Below, one piece after another: positions 32,926-47,600 of a stretch of 64,000 nt of DNA (its first letter is position 1; every line of letters begins with the position of its first letter). The stretch comes from the human T2T-CHM13v2.0 reference genome, Homo sapiens: NCBI RefSeq assembly GCF_009914755.1, contig NC_060927.1; one strand, given 5' to 3'. Both the position numbers and the translations under genes were made by a program. A model generated the notes under the pieces. That model was not told where the DNA came from, ran no database searches, and saw only the letters and a program-made list of their open reading frames with translations.

Positions 32926-34379
32926 TATTTGGTTTCTATACTATGCTCTACTATGTAGCAGCTACAGAGATTTAAAACATGATCCCTTTGCCTCAAGCCA
33001 ATAGGAAACAAGCTAAAAGCAAGCAATCATAATGAAAAGGAAGGATGTTTTAAGTAGTAAAGGAGAAAGAAAAAAGAAACTCAAATGGATTCTCTCATTC
33101 TCAACAAACAAGCAAGTGAAACTTCTTTGGGTAAAGAGAGAACAACCAGAAAGCTATTCTGGCTCTTCAGTGCTCCTACTGCAAGGAGTGCAAGGGGGTG
33201 TGGTGCAGGAAGCCTGAGCTACCTATCCCAGGGGAGGACAAAGGGAGACAAAGGCATCAAGAGAGAGCAGCTGGGCAGTGACCGAACATGGCTGCCAGGC
33301 CAGGGGAAAGTAGCACATGGGTCCTGACTGAACCCTCTGTGGGGCTGGTAAGCCCTTTCTAGTCCAGAGATGCTTTTGGGAGGAGGAGGTGAGTGGCAGA
33401 AAGAAAATTATACAAGAAATTTTCTTAATGTTCTTTACACAATATACATGGGGAAAATGCACAAGGGGGTAATTGTGGAGCCATGTTTCAAAGTAAGATG
33501 ACATTCACTTAATTTGTACAACCAGAATACAGTGTGTTTTTCTGTAATGATGTTATTTATAGCCTAGTACTTGTTTTACAGTACCTGACTGAGAAAGTGA
33601 CAAACATCTCTGTATATATAGAACTTAACTTATAAAACATGTTTAAATAAGGTAATTTGCCCAAAGCTTCTCCATTGAATTTTAATTCCACAATATTTGT
33701 TATACCATATCAACAAAATGACACCAGATAAAAAAGACCACTAAGCTCAGAAACATCTATTTGGTATCTGTATCTTCGGAACTGTCTTCCACTCAGTATT
33801 TACCAACACAGTTAAAAACCAGCATATTTACAATGCTTCTTTACCAGCCTGCTAGCAACTTGTCTCTATCTACTACTGAGCACCTCCTTTGTTCTTGGTA
33901 CTTCCCAGGGGATGATGGGGTGGCCCAATAGGAAGCTCAGTCTTGCCCTAAAGGATTTTACAGTTACAGATAGAATCACTAGAGAAATTTCTGAAATGCA
34001 AGGCTTTTCAAAATTAGCTGCCAAAAAAGGGAGAGTTAACTGTGGGTCAAAATAGCTGCAAACAGCTTTACCAAAAGAAAGGCATAAATTTCATCTTCAA
34101 GGACAGACAGAATCTTGGAAAGGTAGAGGAAAGGGTGGAAGGCATTCCCAGCAGGCCAAGCAGCACGCAAAGGGTACCAAGGCTGGCATCAGGCTGGCAT
34201 CAGGTCGGCAAGGGGCAGGGTGGAAAGTATGCTCGTGTGTAAGGTGGCAGGAGGGATCAATCTGCTGGCATAGATAACGAGGCCCCACAGAAGAGTACAT
34301 ATAATACATAAAAGTTCTATAGTACACAAACAGCACCAAACAGGAAAGACTTGAGGAGTGCTACATTTTATAGCTGCCA

Positions 34380-35220
34380 AGTGACATATACTCAGTTAAA
34401 GGGCAGTTAGGACCAGCAGCAGACCAGCAGGAAGGTGTTGGACTAGCCCAGAGATCAAAGGCTGTGGGCTTAAAGCAGAGAAGCGGCCATCAGAATGGTG
34501 TCAAAGGATTGAGCCTAAGAGACATTTCAAAGTAGGAAATGACAGAAAAATCAAAGATGACTCCAAATTCTAGCATGTGAAAAGGAAAATAAATACTGGT
34601 GCCACTGAAAATACTGGGATAGTAGTTAAGAAGAACTGAGGTTTGGGAGTGAGGGAGGTGTAAAAGACTGGTGTGTTCACCATGACTAGTGAACTCTGTG
34701 GTAATGAGAGTGGCCACCCAAGTGAAGAAGTCCTGGAATCAGCTACAAACCAGGCTGTTGTCAGATGACAAAGTAGAAGAAAGGTTGGATTGTAGGTTTG
34801 CAAGTCAACTGGCATGCTGAAGGTAACTACTAATCAGAAAATCTCACGGAGAAATGAACAGAGAATGAAGGAGAGACCACAAAAAAAGAGAGGTAGGAAC
34901 TAACACTTTTTAAGTATCTATGTGCCAGCCACTACATGAGCCACTTTGTATAAATTAAATACAGAAAAAATTGAGAGGTAGGAAACCTAGAAAGTTTCCT
35001 CTCACAAAGAGGAGTGCACCAATGACAAAGCCAAACATGAAAGGAAATTCAAGAGAATAAAGGCTGAGAAAAGAAAGGACACTGGCCTTGCTACTACAAA
35101 GGTTACTGGCACCCTCTGGGAGAGATTTCCAGTTGTGTGGTGGAAGCCGAGGCTACGATGTGGGTGGCTGAGAAGAGAAGGACAGATACAAACTGAAGGC
35201 CGTGAATAAGAAGTAGGCAT
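34380..35220 (-). mobile_element. Degenerate L2 fragments (approximate)
   Basis: TCAAAGATGACTCC, AGAGATTTCCAGTTGTGTGGTGG L2-like motifs. Confidence 0.45.
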
Positions 35221-35264
35221 TTAAGTCGCTGCGCAGCAAATGGACAAGATTCAATGGCTGCTAA

Positions 35265-35593
<329 letters not shown>

Positions 35594-36449
35594 GAGTGCT
35601 CTTAATCCTTTGCTTATTTTAGTAATAGGAAAACACTGGCCAACAAACCCAAAAGTCAAAGGTTAGGGCCTACATATCATATGATTCAAGGTAATGCAAT
35701 TATGGGAAAATGGAAGACACAATTTAGTTTTTGCAGGCTAAATTTCCATCACCAGCAAATCTAGTTCAGCTATAAATATAACAAATTAACATACACTGAT
35801 TGGAGCATATTTCACCTGCTTTATAGTTGAAAAGCTAACATCTCTCAAAACTCAATGCTAAAGAGACTAATAACAAAAATACAAAAAAACCCATAAAAAA
35901 TTATAAATATTTTATACTACCTTTCCCAAACCGTAAACCATATTTTGAAAAAGCATCTAAAAGACCAATCACAATCATCTGAAAATCTGCTTTAGGAATT
36001 GTGGAGCTACTGGATTTGATTATAATGTTGGCAAAAACACTTGCTGCTTCAATGGAAAATATTTTCATCAATATTTCCAGTGATGGGCTCTAAGTTGAGA
36101 TAGTACAATTCATTCATGAAACTTGCTAAGTTACAATTTATGCACTAGTTTCTACTCAAAATGGTAAGGGTAATCATTCTTCAATCTTTCACCTAAAGAG
36201 TAAAACTCTTCTAGGTGGACAACAGGGAACAGGTAAACTTAGAATTGCCAAAGAATATTACGTCTTGAGTATAACTCTTAGTGGTATTGTATGGCTAAGT
36301 TGTTCAAAACAGACCAGAGGTGAGTTTCTGCTAAATTCACTTTTCTATCCACTGCTAGCTGGAATCAACTTTTTTCACATTCTAGGAAATGATTACTATA
36401 TTTGCTCTTGCCAAAATGCTCTCACCATTTTGTTACTATTAGATAATAA

Positions 36450-36837
<388 letters not shown>

Positions 36838-37172
36838 TAAACTGCCTTGCAGTCAGGGAGGAAGAGAGCTGACACTTAGTGCTTACCGCACTAGGCACCA
36901 TGTGATATGATACCTCTTCCATCCCACCACCATTTGAAATATTCCCATTTTAAAGGTCAGGAAATAAGAGACTCAAAGAAGTTATTTAACTTATCAAATA
37001 TCACACAACTAGTAAATGACAGCCAAATCCATAACCTAAGTTATTCTGCCAACACACCGAGCTGCCTGCCATTCAAAAATAAAATATTTACATGTAAGGC
37101 TTTTTCCAAAATGGATTTCCTCATCTTCTATCATTTCTTCTTAGGCATTTCACTGAATGTCCTAAAGCCTCA

Positions 37173-37436
<264 letters not shown>

Positions 37437-37821
37437 CTAACAAGAAGAAACCTATCTGAGAGCTTTTACTGATAACAGATCTTCATAAAAAGCTCTGGAG
37501 ACCAACAGTAGTACATCTAGTCTACCTTATAAACTGTACAACTATTTTTACAATATTCTTTATTTTCGCAACACAAAATCAGGTGTCACAGTCTCTGACA
37601 GGGGTGAGTCCTAGGCTCTCTTGGGACTAGACTCTAAAGGACAGGCCCTCAGTGTGTGATGGAGTGAGTGAATGAATAAAGACACAGCCAGCATAAATGT
37701 TAATACAGCAGAGAGAAACTATGAATCTGGAGGACCCCCAAAATGAAAGCATAAAGCAACCTCCCTCAACAAATGTCATTTAAAAAGCCAGAATCATGTT
37801 TGAGTTATATAAAAAGTAATA

Positions 37822-38114
37822 GGACCGGGAGCAGTGGCTCATGCCTGTAATCCCAGCACTTTGGGAGGCTGGCACAGCAGATCGCTTGAGCCCAGGAGTG
37901 GGAGGCCAGCCTGGGTAACATGGTGAAACCTCGTCTCTACAAAACTTAGCTGGGCATGGTGGTGTACGCCTATAGTCACAGCTACTGAGGAGGCTGAGTG
38001 GAAGGATCATTTGAACTCAGGAGGCAGAGGTTGCAGTGAGCCAAGATCATGCCACTGCACTCCAGCCTGGGTGACAGGTGAGAGAGACCCTGTCCCAAGG
38101 AAAAAAAAAAAAAA
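37822..38114 (+). mobile_element. Alu (AluJ-like)
   Basis: Full Alu. Confidence 0.9.
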
Positions 38115-38134
38115 TCATTGTATTTTAATTGGCA

Positions 38135-38810
38135 ATACCCCAATTAAAGCTACAAGAATGGTTATCATAAAAAAAAAATAGAGAATAACAAGTGCTGTCA
38201 AGGATGTGGAGAAACCAGAAGGTAAAATGGTATAGGCAATTTGAAAAAACAGTTTGGCAGTTCTTCAAAAAGTTAAACATAAGAGTTACCATAGACCCAG
38301 CAATTCCACTCCTAGGTATATACCCAAGAGAAATGAAAACAAATGTTCACACAAAAACTTGTATAGCAATGTTCACAGCAGCATTACTGACAACAGCCAA
38401 AATGTACAAACAACCCAAATGTTCATCAACTGATGAGTAGATAAATAAGATGTGACATAGCCATATAGTAGACTATTATCTGGTAATAAAAACAAATGAA
38501 ATACTGATACACACACAATATGGATGAACTTCAAAAACTTTATGCTAAATTAACACCAGGTCCAAAAGACCACATATTATATGATATCATTTACACAAAA
38601 TGTCCACCATAGGCAAATCTAGAGAGACAGAAAGTAAATTAGTGGTTGCCTTAGGCTGAAAAAGCAGGGAAAGGGCATAACTGCTAATGGGTACAAGGTT
38701 TTTTTTCTGGAATAATGAAAATGTTCTAAAATTAGATTATCATGATGGTTACACTACCCTGTAAATATACTGAAAACCAATGAATTGTATACTTTAAGTA
38801 GGTGATTTTC
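38135..38810 (+). mobile_element. L1MB-like 3' end
   Basis: GACCCAGCAATTCCACTCCTAGGTATATACCCAAGAGAAATGAAAAC; ORF 38192..38440 is an L1 ORF2 C-terminal remnant (DPAIPLLGIYP). Confidence 0.88.
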
Positions 38811-39249
38811 CTCTTATTTTTTAAATAAGAAAAAGCTTACAATTGTTTGCTTCTCATTTTTCTTCTTCACACAGCAAGGCCTGCAGTAGGGAAGACTTAT
38901 TTCATCAAGAACAGTATACTATGGTTTTTCTTTGATTTAGAATACTGTCTTTCTAGCACCCTACTTTTAGCAGTAAAAGAAAATAAAGTTAGGAATTTCT
39001 AACATTTAGAAAATAATCATTAATAAATTAAAGGACAAAGTAAAAAAAAAAAACAAAACCCAGAACTTTAAGCTTACACCTCTAACTCCAAAGCAGGAGG
39101 AATTTGCTTGGTCCAGCTCAGCACACCAGACACTACTACACTCTCTGAGCTCTAATAACACTTACCATCATAGTCTTGATCATGGATTGCGGTGCGAACC
39201 TCCAGAGATTGCCTCAAGCCAAAGACATGTCAATCTAGCTGAGGTCAGG

Positions 39250-39860
39250 GTGAACATATATCCAACTTTCAAAGCATACAATCAATGTCCAACCTTCCCA
39301 ATGTGGTTGTATCAACACACATACCACAAGCGTGAATAACAGCTCCAGTGGCTCTACGTACTCAGTGACAGTGGGTTTTAAAATTCCTGCAAATCTAGTG
39401 AGTGTGTAATGACATATCCCCGTGTTTTAATTTGCATCCCCCAATTAAAGTGAGACAATGCCTTTTCTTATGTTTACTGACCACTGGATTCCCTCTTTTG
39501 AGAAGTGCCTTCTCAAGTCATTTTCCTACTGGGCTGTCTTCCTTATTTATTGATTTGAAGGAATTCCTCACATATTCTGACAGTTCTATGTGATTATTTA
39601 TTCTCCCATTCTGTGGCTCATTTTTTCACTCTCTTTATGTCGTCTGTTGATAATGGTTTTAATTTTAATGTAGTCATATTTATCAACCCTTTCCTTTACA
39701 GTTAGTGCTTTTTGCCTCTTATTTTAAGAAATTCTTCCCCATTCTGAAACCACAAAGATCTTCGCTTATTGTTTTGCCTTTCACATTGGAAATTTCTATT
39801 TTGATTCACATTGGAAAGATCCAATTTCCTTTTTATTTTTCCCATCTGTAAAACTGATTA
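39250..39860 (-). mobile_element. Old L1 (L1ME-like) fragment
   Basis: TTTTAATTTGCATCCCCC, TTTTAATTTTAATGTAGTCATATTTATCAA antisense L1 motifs. Confidence 0.65.
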
Positions 39861-40835
39861 TTGTTAACTAGATTCGTCTCCAGTGTCTAGACTTATATAA
39901 CCACTAAGAAAAATAGGAACGAATGAGATCCTCCTTTTGTTGAGGATCTACTATGCTACTATGCTGAGTACTTTATATACAGTATACAAATATACAGTAA
40001 TTCTGCAAAGTACATTATTACTAGTCCCATCTTAAAGAAAATGAAACTAAGGCTAAGAAACACACCCAAGCTGTTAGAAGATAAAGATGGGATCCATGCC
40101 TGTCTAATCTAGTGCCCATAATATTTCTGCACACCATACTACTTTAGGTAAGAATGTGATCTCTGGATAAAACAGGAAATATTTTCATTTTGAGGATGTT
40201 GCAGTCACTTTACTCTCCAGGTCCACTAGTATAGTGACACTTATTTTTTATTTGGCAGTTCTTTTATTAATTCACTCAACAGGTATTTCTTGAATTCCTA
40301 CTACCTGCTAGGTACTGTTCCAGGATCCAGGGATGAAATAGTGAGCAAAACAAAATCCCTACCCTCTTGGGGGTTTATAGGCTAATCAGATCAGAAGTGT
40401 AGTCTCCCATGTCTATTCTACATTAAGTCTTACACAGTTAGTAAAAGAAACCTTCCTCCAACAGAAGAGTGACAGGACTGCAACATGAAGCACTCTCATG
40501 GAACAAGAAGGAACTTAAAGAGCAACTTGGAGAAATACCAGTACTCATATGAAACAACCCCACGAAATAAAGCATCCCATGCCTCTTCCCTTCTCCTGCA
40601 GCTTATACCTTCACTCTTCAAAAAAAGCAATATAATTACCTTAACAAAATGAGCATGACTTCTTGTAAACATCTATATACACCTTGTGCTGTTTCTAAAC
40701 TCTTTTCCTTCTCTATTTAAAAAAGATGCTTTTCAGTGTGTGGCAAGTAACAATAAACTGCTTTTTCATTTCTTTAATACGAACTGGAAGTCTATGCATA
40801 CTTAGAAAATTGCATACTTAGAAAATTGAAGAATA

Positions 40836-41150
40836 GGCTGGGCACGGTGGCTCACGCCTGTAATCCCAGCACTTTGAGAAGCCGAGGCGGGTGGATCATG
40901 AGGTCAGGAGATCGAGACTATCCTGGCTAACACGGTGAACCCCTGACTCTACTAAAAATACAAAAATTACCTGGGCATGGTGGCACGGGCTTGTAGTCCC
41001 AGCTACTTGGGAGGCTGAGGCAGGAGAATCACTTGAACCAGGGGAGGTGGAGGTTGCAGTGAGCCGAGATCGCATCACTGCACTCCAGCCTGGGCGACAG
41101 AGCAAGACTCCATCTCGAAAACAAAACAAAAAGAAAAAAAAGAAAAAGAA
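40836..41150 (+). mobile_element. Alu (AluSc/Y-like)
   Basis: TSD AGAAAATTGAAGAAT. Confidence 0.94.
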
Positions 41151-41399
41151 AATTGAAGAATGCAAGAAGCAGGCAAGAAAAAAAGTTAGTTCTGCAGTAC
41201 AATATGAAGGCCAAGAACTTCCTTTATTTTCCCACCACCTGCCTGGATCTGTTTTCATCCTTCAGAGAAAGGAAAATCCCTTCCCTGAAGCTCTAGACAC
41301 CACCCTGTTCCCATATTTACTCTGTAACCTAGAACCTTCAGTTAGACCCCATGTTCTACACCCCTATCTACCATAACAGTCCCATAAGATCAGCACACA

Positions 41400-42935
41400 A
41401 ACAGGCTCTCATGTTGCTATCTCAATAGTAAAAGAAAACCCCTTTGTGCCCTCCAAGCACTTCTCCATTTCTCTGCTTCCTCCTCACAGCAAGCCGTCTC
41501 ATCTCAGAGGCTTGCCTTCATATGGCATTTCCTCATTTCCTCCCCAGTCTGGCTACAGCCTCACCTAACTCACTGGTACTGCTCTTGTCCAGGTCACCAA
41601 TGACCTTCCAATTGCTAAATCCAATGGTTTGCTCTCTTATCTTACCAGATCCCCTCCATTCTACACAGTAAACTGCCACTTCTCAGAGGATTTTCTTCTC
41701 TCAGGTACTGTGACACTACTCTCCTGGTTTTCCTTCTTCCTCTTTAGCCAATCCTGTCTCCTTTGCTGCCTCCTCCAGAATCACAAGCTCTAAAGCTTGG
41801 AATTCCTTGGGGTTTGGTGCTGTGTTCTCTTCTTTTTTTCCCATCCACACTGGAATTCTCTTCCTAGGTGATGTCATGCAAACTCATGGCTATAAATATT
41901 ATCGATACTCATACCTGTAATCCCAGCATTTTGGGAGGCTGAGGTGGAAGTATTGCTTGAGCCCAGGAGCTTGAGACCAGCCTGGACAACACAGTGAGAC
42001 TTCGTTTCTACAGAAAAAAATTTTTTTAATTAACTGGATGTGGTGGCCTGTATCTGTAGCCCCAGCTACTGGGGAGGCTGAGGTGGGAGGATCACGTGAG
42101 TCCAGAAGGTCCAGAGGGCTGCAGTGAGCTATGATTGTATCACTGCACTCCAGCCTGGGCAACAGAGAAAGACCTTGTCTCAAAAAACAAACAAAAAAAA
42201 GCACACGCATGTGCATGTGTGTGTGTGAAATCAATGATTAAGAGGACTCAGTCACTGGTGTGTGTGTGTGGGGGGGGGGTATATGTGTGAAATCAATGAT
42301 TAGGACTCACTCACTGAGCTCCAGACTCACATATCCAACTACTCATTTGGAATTTCCATTTTAATGTTACATGGGCAACCAAAACTTTTTCCTTCTCAAC
42401 CCAACTCTCCCCAGGTTTCCCCATCTCAATATTACAGGACCAACCTAGTCAAAAACTTAGAAACCACTGTTGATGGCTTCCTCATCCTCACCCTGTCCAT
42501 GAGCAAGTCCTATTGAGTCTAGCCACCATGAATTTTGAAATCAAACACTTCTCTCCATTTTTCACTGTCATCATCCTAGTCCATGCCACCTAGACTATTG
42601 CAGCGACCTCCAAACTGTCTCCCTTTCCGCATTTGGAAGTCCATTCTCCATAGAGCATACAGGCATTTTTTAAAACACAAAGCAAATCATGACACAAACC
42701 TACTTAAAACCTTTCAGTAACTGACTAAATAGTAAAATCAAAACTCCTTACTGGGATATACGAGGCCCTGCAAGATCTGGTGTCCCCACTTACCACTTCG
42801 GCTTCTTTCCATTCACACTCCCACTGTTGGTTCCTAGTTCACCACAGACTCCAATCTCAGGGCCTCTGCAGGTGCTCTACCCCTCACCCAGCCTTCTCTA
42901 CACGTGACTGCTTCTTGCCTTCCACAGCTTAGTCT
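41400..42935 (+). mobile_element. L2 fragment, interrupted by an Alu (approximate)
   Basis: GGTCACCAATGACCTTCCAATTGCTAAATCCAATGG, CTGAGCTCCAGACTCACATATCCAACT, CCTAGACTATTGCAGCGACCTCC L2 ORF motifs. Confidence 0.75.
41907..42200 (+). mobile_element. Alu (AluJ-like)
   Basis: Dimeric Alu. Confidence 0.9.
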
Positions 42936-43001
42936 AAAACCAGTACATAAAGATTTTTTTTTTTCTTGCCGTGGCCAGTGAGTACCAAGAAAAAAAAAAG
43001 T

Positions 43002-43329
43002 AGGCCGGGCGTGATGTATTCCCAGCACTTTGGGAGGCCGAGGCAGGCGGATCACCTAAGGTCAGGAGTTCAAGACCAGTCTGGCCAACATGGTGAAACC
43101 CCGTCTCTACTAAAAACACAAAAATTGGCCAGGCATGGTGGTGCATGCCTGTAATCCCAGCTACTCAGGAGGCTGAGACAGGGGAAATCGCTTGAACCTG
43201 GGAGGCGGAGGTTGCAGCGAGCCAAGATCACACCACTGCACTCCCGCCTGGGTGACAGAATGAGACTCCATCTCAAAACAAACAAACAAAGAAAAAACAA
43301 AAATAAAGAAAAAGAAAAAAAGGAAAAAA
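43002..43329 (+). mobile_element. Alu (AluS-like)
   Basis: Full Alu with extended A-rich tail. Confidence 0.93.
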
Positions 43330-43659
43330 GAGACTTTTCACTCTATTGAACACATCCCCATCTTATTTTCTAATACATCAGTCAGATTTCCTGCTAGCAT
43401 TTATCACAATTACTAGATTTTACTTATTTCCTTACTGGTTTATTATCTCCCTACCTTCCTGCAATACAAGCTGTTGTCTTTTTTGGGTAGTATATTAAAG
43501 CCGATACATGTTTGTAGAATGAATGGCAGAAAAACAAGTCGAGGATGGAAGAAGGAGGGAGAAGGGGAAACCAAGAACAGAGAACACATTTCCAATCTAT
43601 ACCCAGGCTTCCACCCAGAGTTTTGTAATACAGGTTTTTCCATACTAAGTAAAAGTAGA

Positions 43660-43957
<298 letters not shown>

Positions 43958-45051
43958 GAAAGTAGAGGTCCCCTATTGGCTACGTTGAGCCTAACAGTGA
44001 TATATAATAAACTTAATCTATTCGTAAAGGACATCTCTAACAACAATCTTTTTTACACTCAGTACATTTCTAACGAAAGACCAAATTCAATTATCACTTC
44101 TCTACAACTAGTCTTGGGAGTAACTAGTATGTACCTAAATTTGCTGAAGTAAATCTGGAGACAATTTTGCTTAAAACCTGATGTCAAGGAGTGGAAAAGG
44201 TAATATGAAACTCAAATGCTTTATGCCTACCCTCATTAGAAAATGTCTCTAGGAAAGCAAAATGTTAAAGCTGGGTGATGTGTAAACTGGGGATGTATTA
44301 TATTATCTCTACTTCTGTGTTATGTTTAAATTTTTCCATAATAAAGAGTTAAATAAATAAAAGTAAATGCCTCTATGAAGTCAAAAGACAACAAGTATCC
44401 ATGGGTCACAGACATACTCCTGGCTCAAGTGCACTCTGTTGCCATTTGGAGATTTAATTTAAATCAGTTGATGGTTGCTAACAGTGTCTCCATAAGTCTT
44501 ATGACCTAAGGCCTTCATCAGGGCCTTTTTGGGAGAATCGGAAGACACAAGGAAGCAGGAGTCCCCTTTCACCTGCTCTGTGTCACAGCCTTCCAGCCCC
44601 AGCACCACCAACCCAGCCCCTTTCTATGGGAGTTTCCAATAACCACAGCTCAAAAACAGCAACCGCAGGGAGAAATAAAATCATTTACAAGGGGAAAAGA
44701 GAAAAAGCACGCAGAAGGGGAAAATATTAATACATTATTTTTGCTTAAATTCAAACCAACCATTTTCCCCTAGAATTCTGATGAGGTAATATTTCTTCTA
44801 AAGCAGCACTTCAAATTCAGGAAGGGATTCATAGAAGACTAAATGCAAAAAGAGCAGAGGCCAGCAACCCCACCCAATAAAGTTTCTTCTCTCAAAGATT
44901 CCTCACCGCTCTCTAGAATTCGTCTATGGCATTAAATAAAAAGTGGTTAAGAGGTGAAAATTAAGGCCTCACTTACTAGGTGAAACAAAGAACAGAAGAA
45001 TCTAAGCTACTCTAGCAGGTGTTTGTTTTCTACTGTAGAAACAGCCTAGCT

Positions 45052-45357
45052 GGACTGGGTGCGGTGGCTCACACCTGTAATCCCAGTGATTTGGGAGGCC
45101 AAGGTGGGCAGATCACTTGAGCCCAGGAGTTGGAGACCAAACTGGGCAACATGGTGAAACCCCATCTCTAGTAAAAACACAAAAATTAGCTGAACATGGT
45201 GGCATGCGCCTGCAGTCCCAGCTACTCGGGAGGCTGAGACAGGAGAACTGCTTGGGCCCAGGAGGTAGACGCTGCAGTCAGCCATGATCACACCACTGCA
45301 CTCCAGCCTGGGCGACAGGGTGAGGTGCTGTCTCAAAAAAAAAAAAAAAAAAAAAAA
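45052..45357 (+). mobile_element. Alu (AluJ-like)
   Basis: Full Alu with poly(A). Confidence 0.92.
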
Positions 45358-45419
45358 GCAAACATAAGACCCTGTTTCTATAAAAAACAAACAAACAAAT
45401 AAATAAACCAGAATGAAGA

Positions 45420-45890
45420 AGCAAAATACACTATAGACATACAGTGGAATATTATTCAGTCTTTAAAATGAAGGCGATTCTGACACGTGTTACAATGTGG
45501 ATGAACCTGGATGATACTATGCTAAGTGAAATAAGCCAGTCAGTCACAAAAAGACAAATACATGACTCCACTTCTATGAGGTACCTAAAGTAGTAAATTT
45601 CATAGAACTGAAAAACAGAATGCTGGTTACCTGGAGCGGGGTGGAGCGGGAAATGGGAAGTTATTATTTAATGTGTATGGAGTTTAAGTTTTACAAGATG
45701 AAAAGAGTGATGGAGACGGACTGTGGTAATGGTTGCACAACACTATGAACATAGTCATACCACTGAACTGTATACTTAAAAGCAGTTAAGATGGTAAGCT
45801 TTATGAATGCATTTAATACCACTAAACTATACACTTAAAAATGGTTAAGATGCTAAATTTTATTTTGCCACAATAAAAAATTTAAAAAAG
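45420..45890 (+). mobile_element. L1MA/MB 3' end
   Basis: GGAATATTATTCAGTCTTTAAAATGAAGG, GCTAAGTGAAATAAGCCAGTCA, CACTGAACTGTATACTTAAAA. Confidence 0.88.
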
Positions 45891-46416
45891 TCATCCCTAA
45901 TAAATAGCTTATTAATAACTTCATATCATAAATCATGTAGTTACCAAGTATGTTTAGATTTTGGTGTCCTTGTTCATAAAGTGAGAAGAGGAAAAAAAGA
46001 GGAGCAACCCGACCTTTAAATGACAGCAGGGTCCTGAGTAACAGATGACTCTAATCAGATCAGGAGAGGTCAATGTGATCCTTTATGTGACAGAGATCTA
46101 ATCTGGGACATGGTTGGGCCTAAACACAGATTTACTGAACTCAAGGAAATGAACACTTAATCACACTAAGAGATCAGGGCCACAGTGAAGATATGTTTCC
46201 TGTCTTGTTCCATTTCTAGAGGCTGAGTTCAGTTTTGTGGTTCAACACATGGATATGACTAGGCTAAACTGGGATTTAATTCTTAGCTTTCTTATATTTC
46301 AGTCATGGTCTAAGATCTCACTCTGTGTTATTATTTGGTGGCACAACCCAAACTACTCAGTTTAATTTGTTCTACATCTAAATTTATCTCCATACATGAA
46401 TTAAATAAATACCATC

Positions 46417-46746
46417 TGTGCTGGATAGTGTATGCTGGTACTTAGTCCCACATCTACCCTTCCAGACTCTCCCTGCATCATCAGGCCTGAAATCTACATT
46501 TCCAAACCCCCCGTCAGCTGTGCTCCCATTAGGCTCTGGCAGCAGCACTGGCAGGAGTACAGGTTCCTGCTTGGTTGCAGCGAACTCCAGTAGCATCAGT
46601 GAGAAATGCGGGTTTGTGGGCTCTGGTTTGTAGGCACCTTCTCCCTTTTGTTCCTACAGCCCTTTCTTTTTGTAAACAATTCCTAGAATTACATCCCTCT
46701 TGAATGAAACACCTGGAGTGGTTTCCTGACTAGACACTCGCTAATA
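46417..46746 (+). mobile_element. ERVL LTR (LTR33-like)
   Basis: CTACATTTCC...CCCATTAGGCTCTGGC...CACTGGCAGGAG...ATACCTGGAGTGGTTTC-like motifs. Confidence 0.5.
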
Positions 46747-46809
46747 GCCCTCCAAATTCAAAATTTATATAACTCATGGGCCAGGGTAGGGAGCTATGCT
46801 ATGAAATAC

Positions 46810-47600
46810 TCATTCATCCATTCATTCAACAAATTCTTAGTGAGCAACTACTATGGACCAGATGCTGTTCTAGGTACTGCAGATATAGTAGGAAACAACA
46901 CAGACAAAAATCCTTGTCCTCAAGGAGCTTACATTCTAGTGAAGGAGAGGCAATACTCAGGATAAATAAATAAAACACATAGTGTGTAACACAAGTGCTA
47001 AGGAGAAAAAAAATTAATCAGGGGCAGGGATATGAAATGTTGGAGAAGGGTTGAAATTTTAGATACGTCAACTGTCTGCGTGTCACAGTCGGGTGGTGTG
47101 CTTGCTTCCAAGTCTGGAGGTGGGTGGTTAGAGCCTGTTCTATGAAATTTTAGATACGCAGGTCACTGAGATGATTTTGGGGGAAAAAACCCCAAAGAGG
47201 TAAGGGAGCTAGTTACTCACATAACTGTAGGAAGAGCATTCCAGGCGAGGGAAGATATGTCCAAGAGTCCTAAGGAGGAAGTCTCCTTGGCATGTTCCTA
47301 TGTGGAACAGAACAGGCAATGGCGAGGATATCTGAGAGATGGGGAGGGCCGGCCATGAGAGCCTTGTTGGCTATGATAAAGGCTTTAGCCACTGCAGTAA
47401 ATTCTGAGCAGAGTAACATCATCTGACTCACTTGCTAACAGGGTCGTTGTGTGTCAACAACAGACTGCAAGGGGCAAAGGGAGAAGTAACAGGGAAGACA
47501 GCTAAGAGGCTCCCGAAATAATCCAAGTCAAACTGAATGATCGCTGGGACCAATGTGCTAGCACTACTTAGAGGGTGCTAAGCAAATTCTGAATATATTT
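46810..47600 (-). mobile_element. L2 3' end
   Basis: CATTCATTCAACAAAT...GTTCTAGGTACTGCAGATA...CCTCAAGGAGCTTACATTCTAGT. Confidence 0.75.
47052..47158. other. 75-bp anonymous tailless insertion flanked by a perfect 16-bp direct repeat
   Basis: TGAAATTTTAGATACG at 47052-47067 and 47143-47158. Confidence 0.8.

Noticed and set aside
47129-47143. GAGCCTGTTCT similarity to mitochondrial 12S rRNA (NUMT)
   Set aside because: About 11 nt only; the rest of the insert does not match 12S as I recall it
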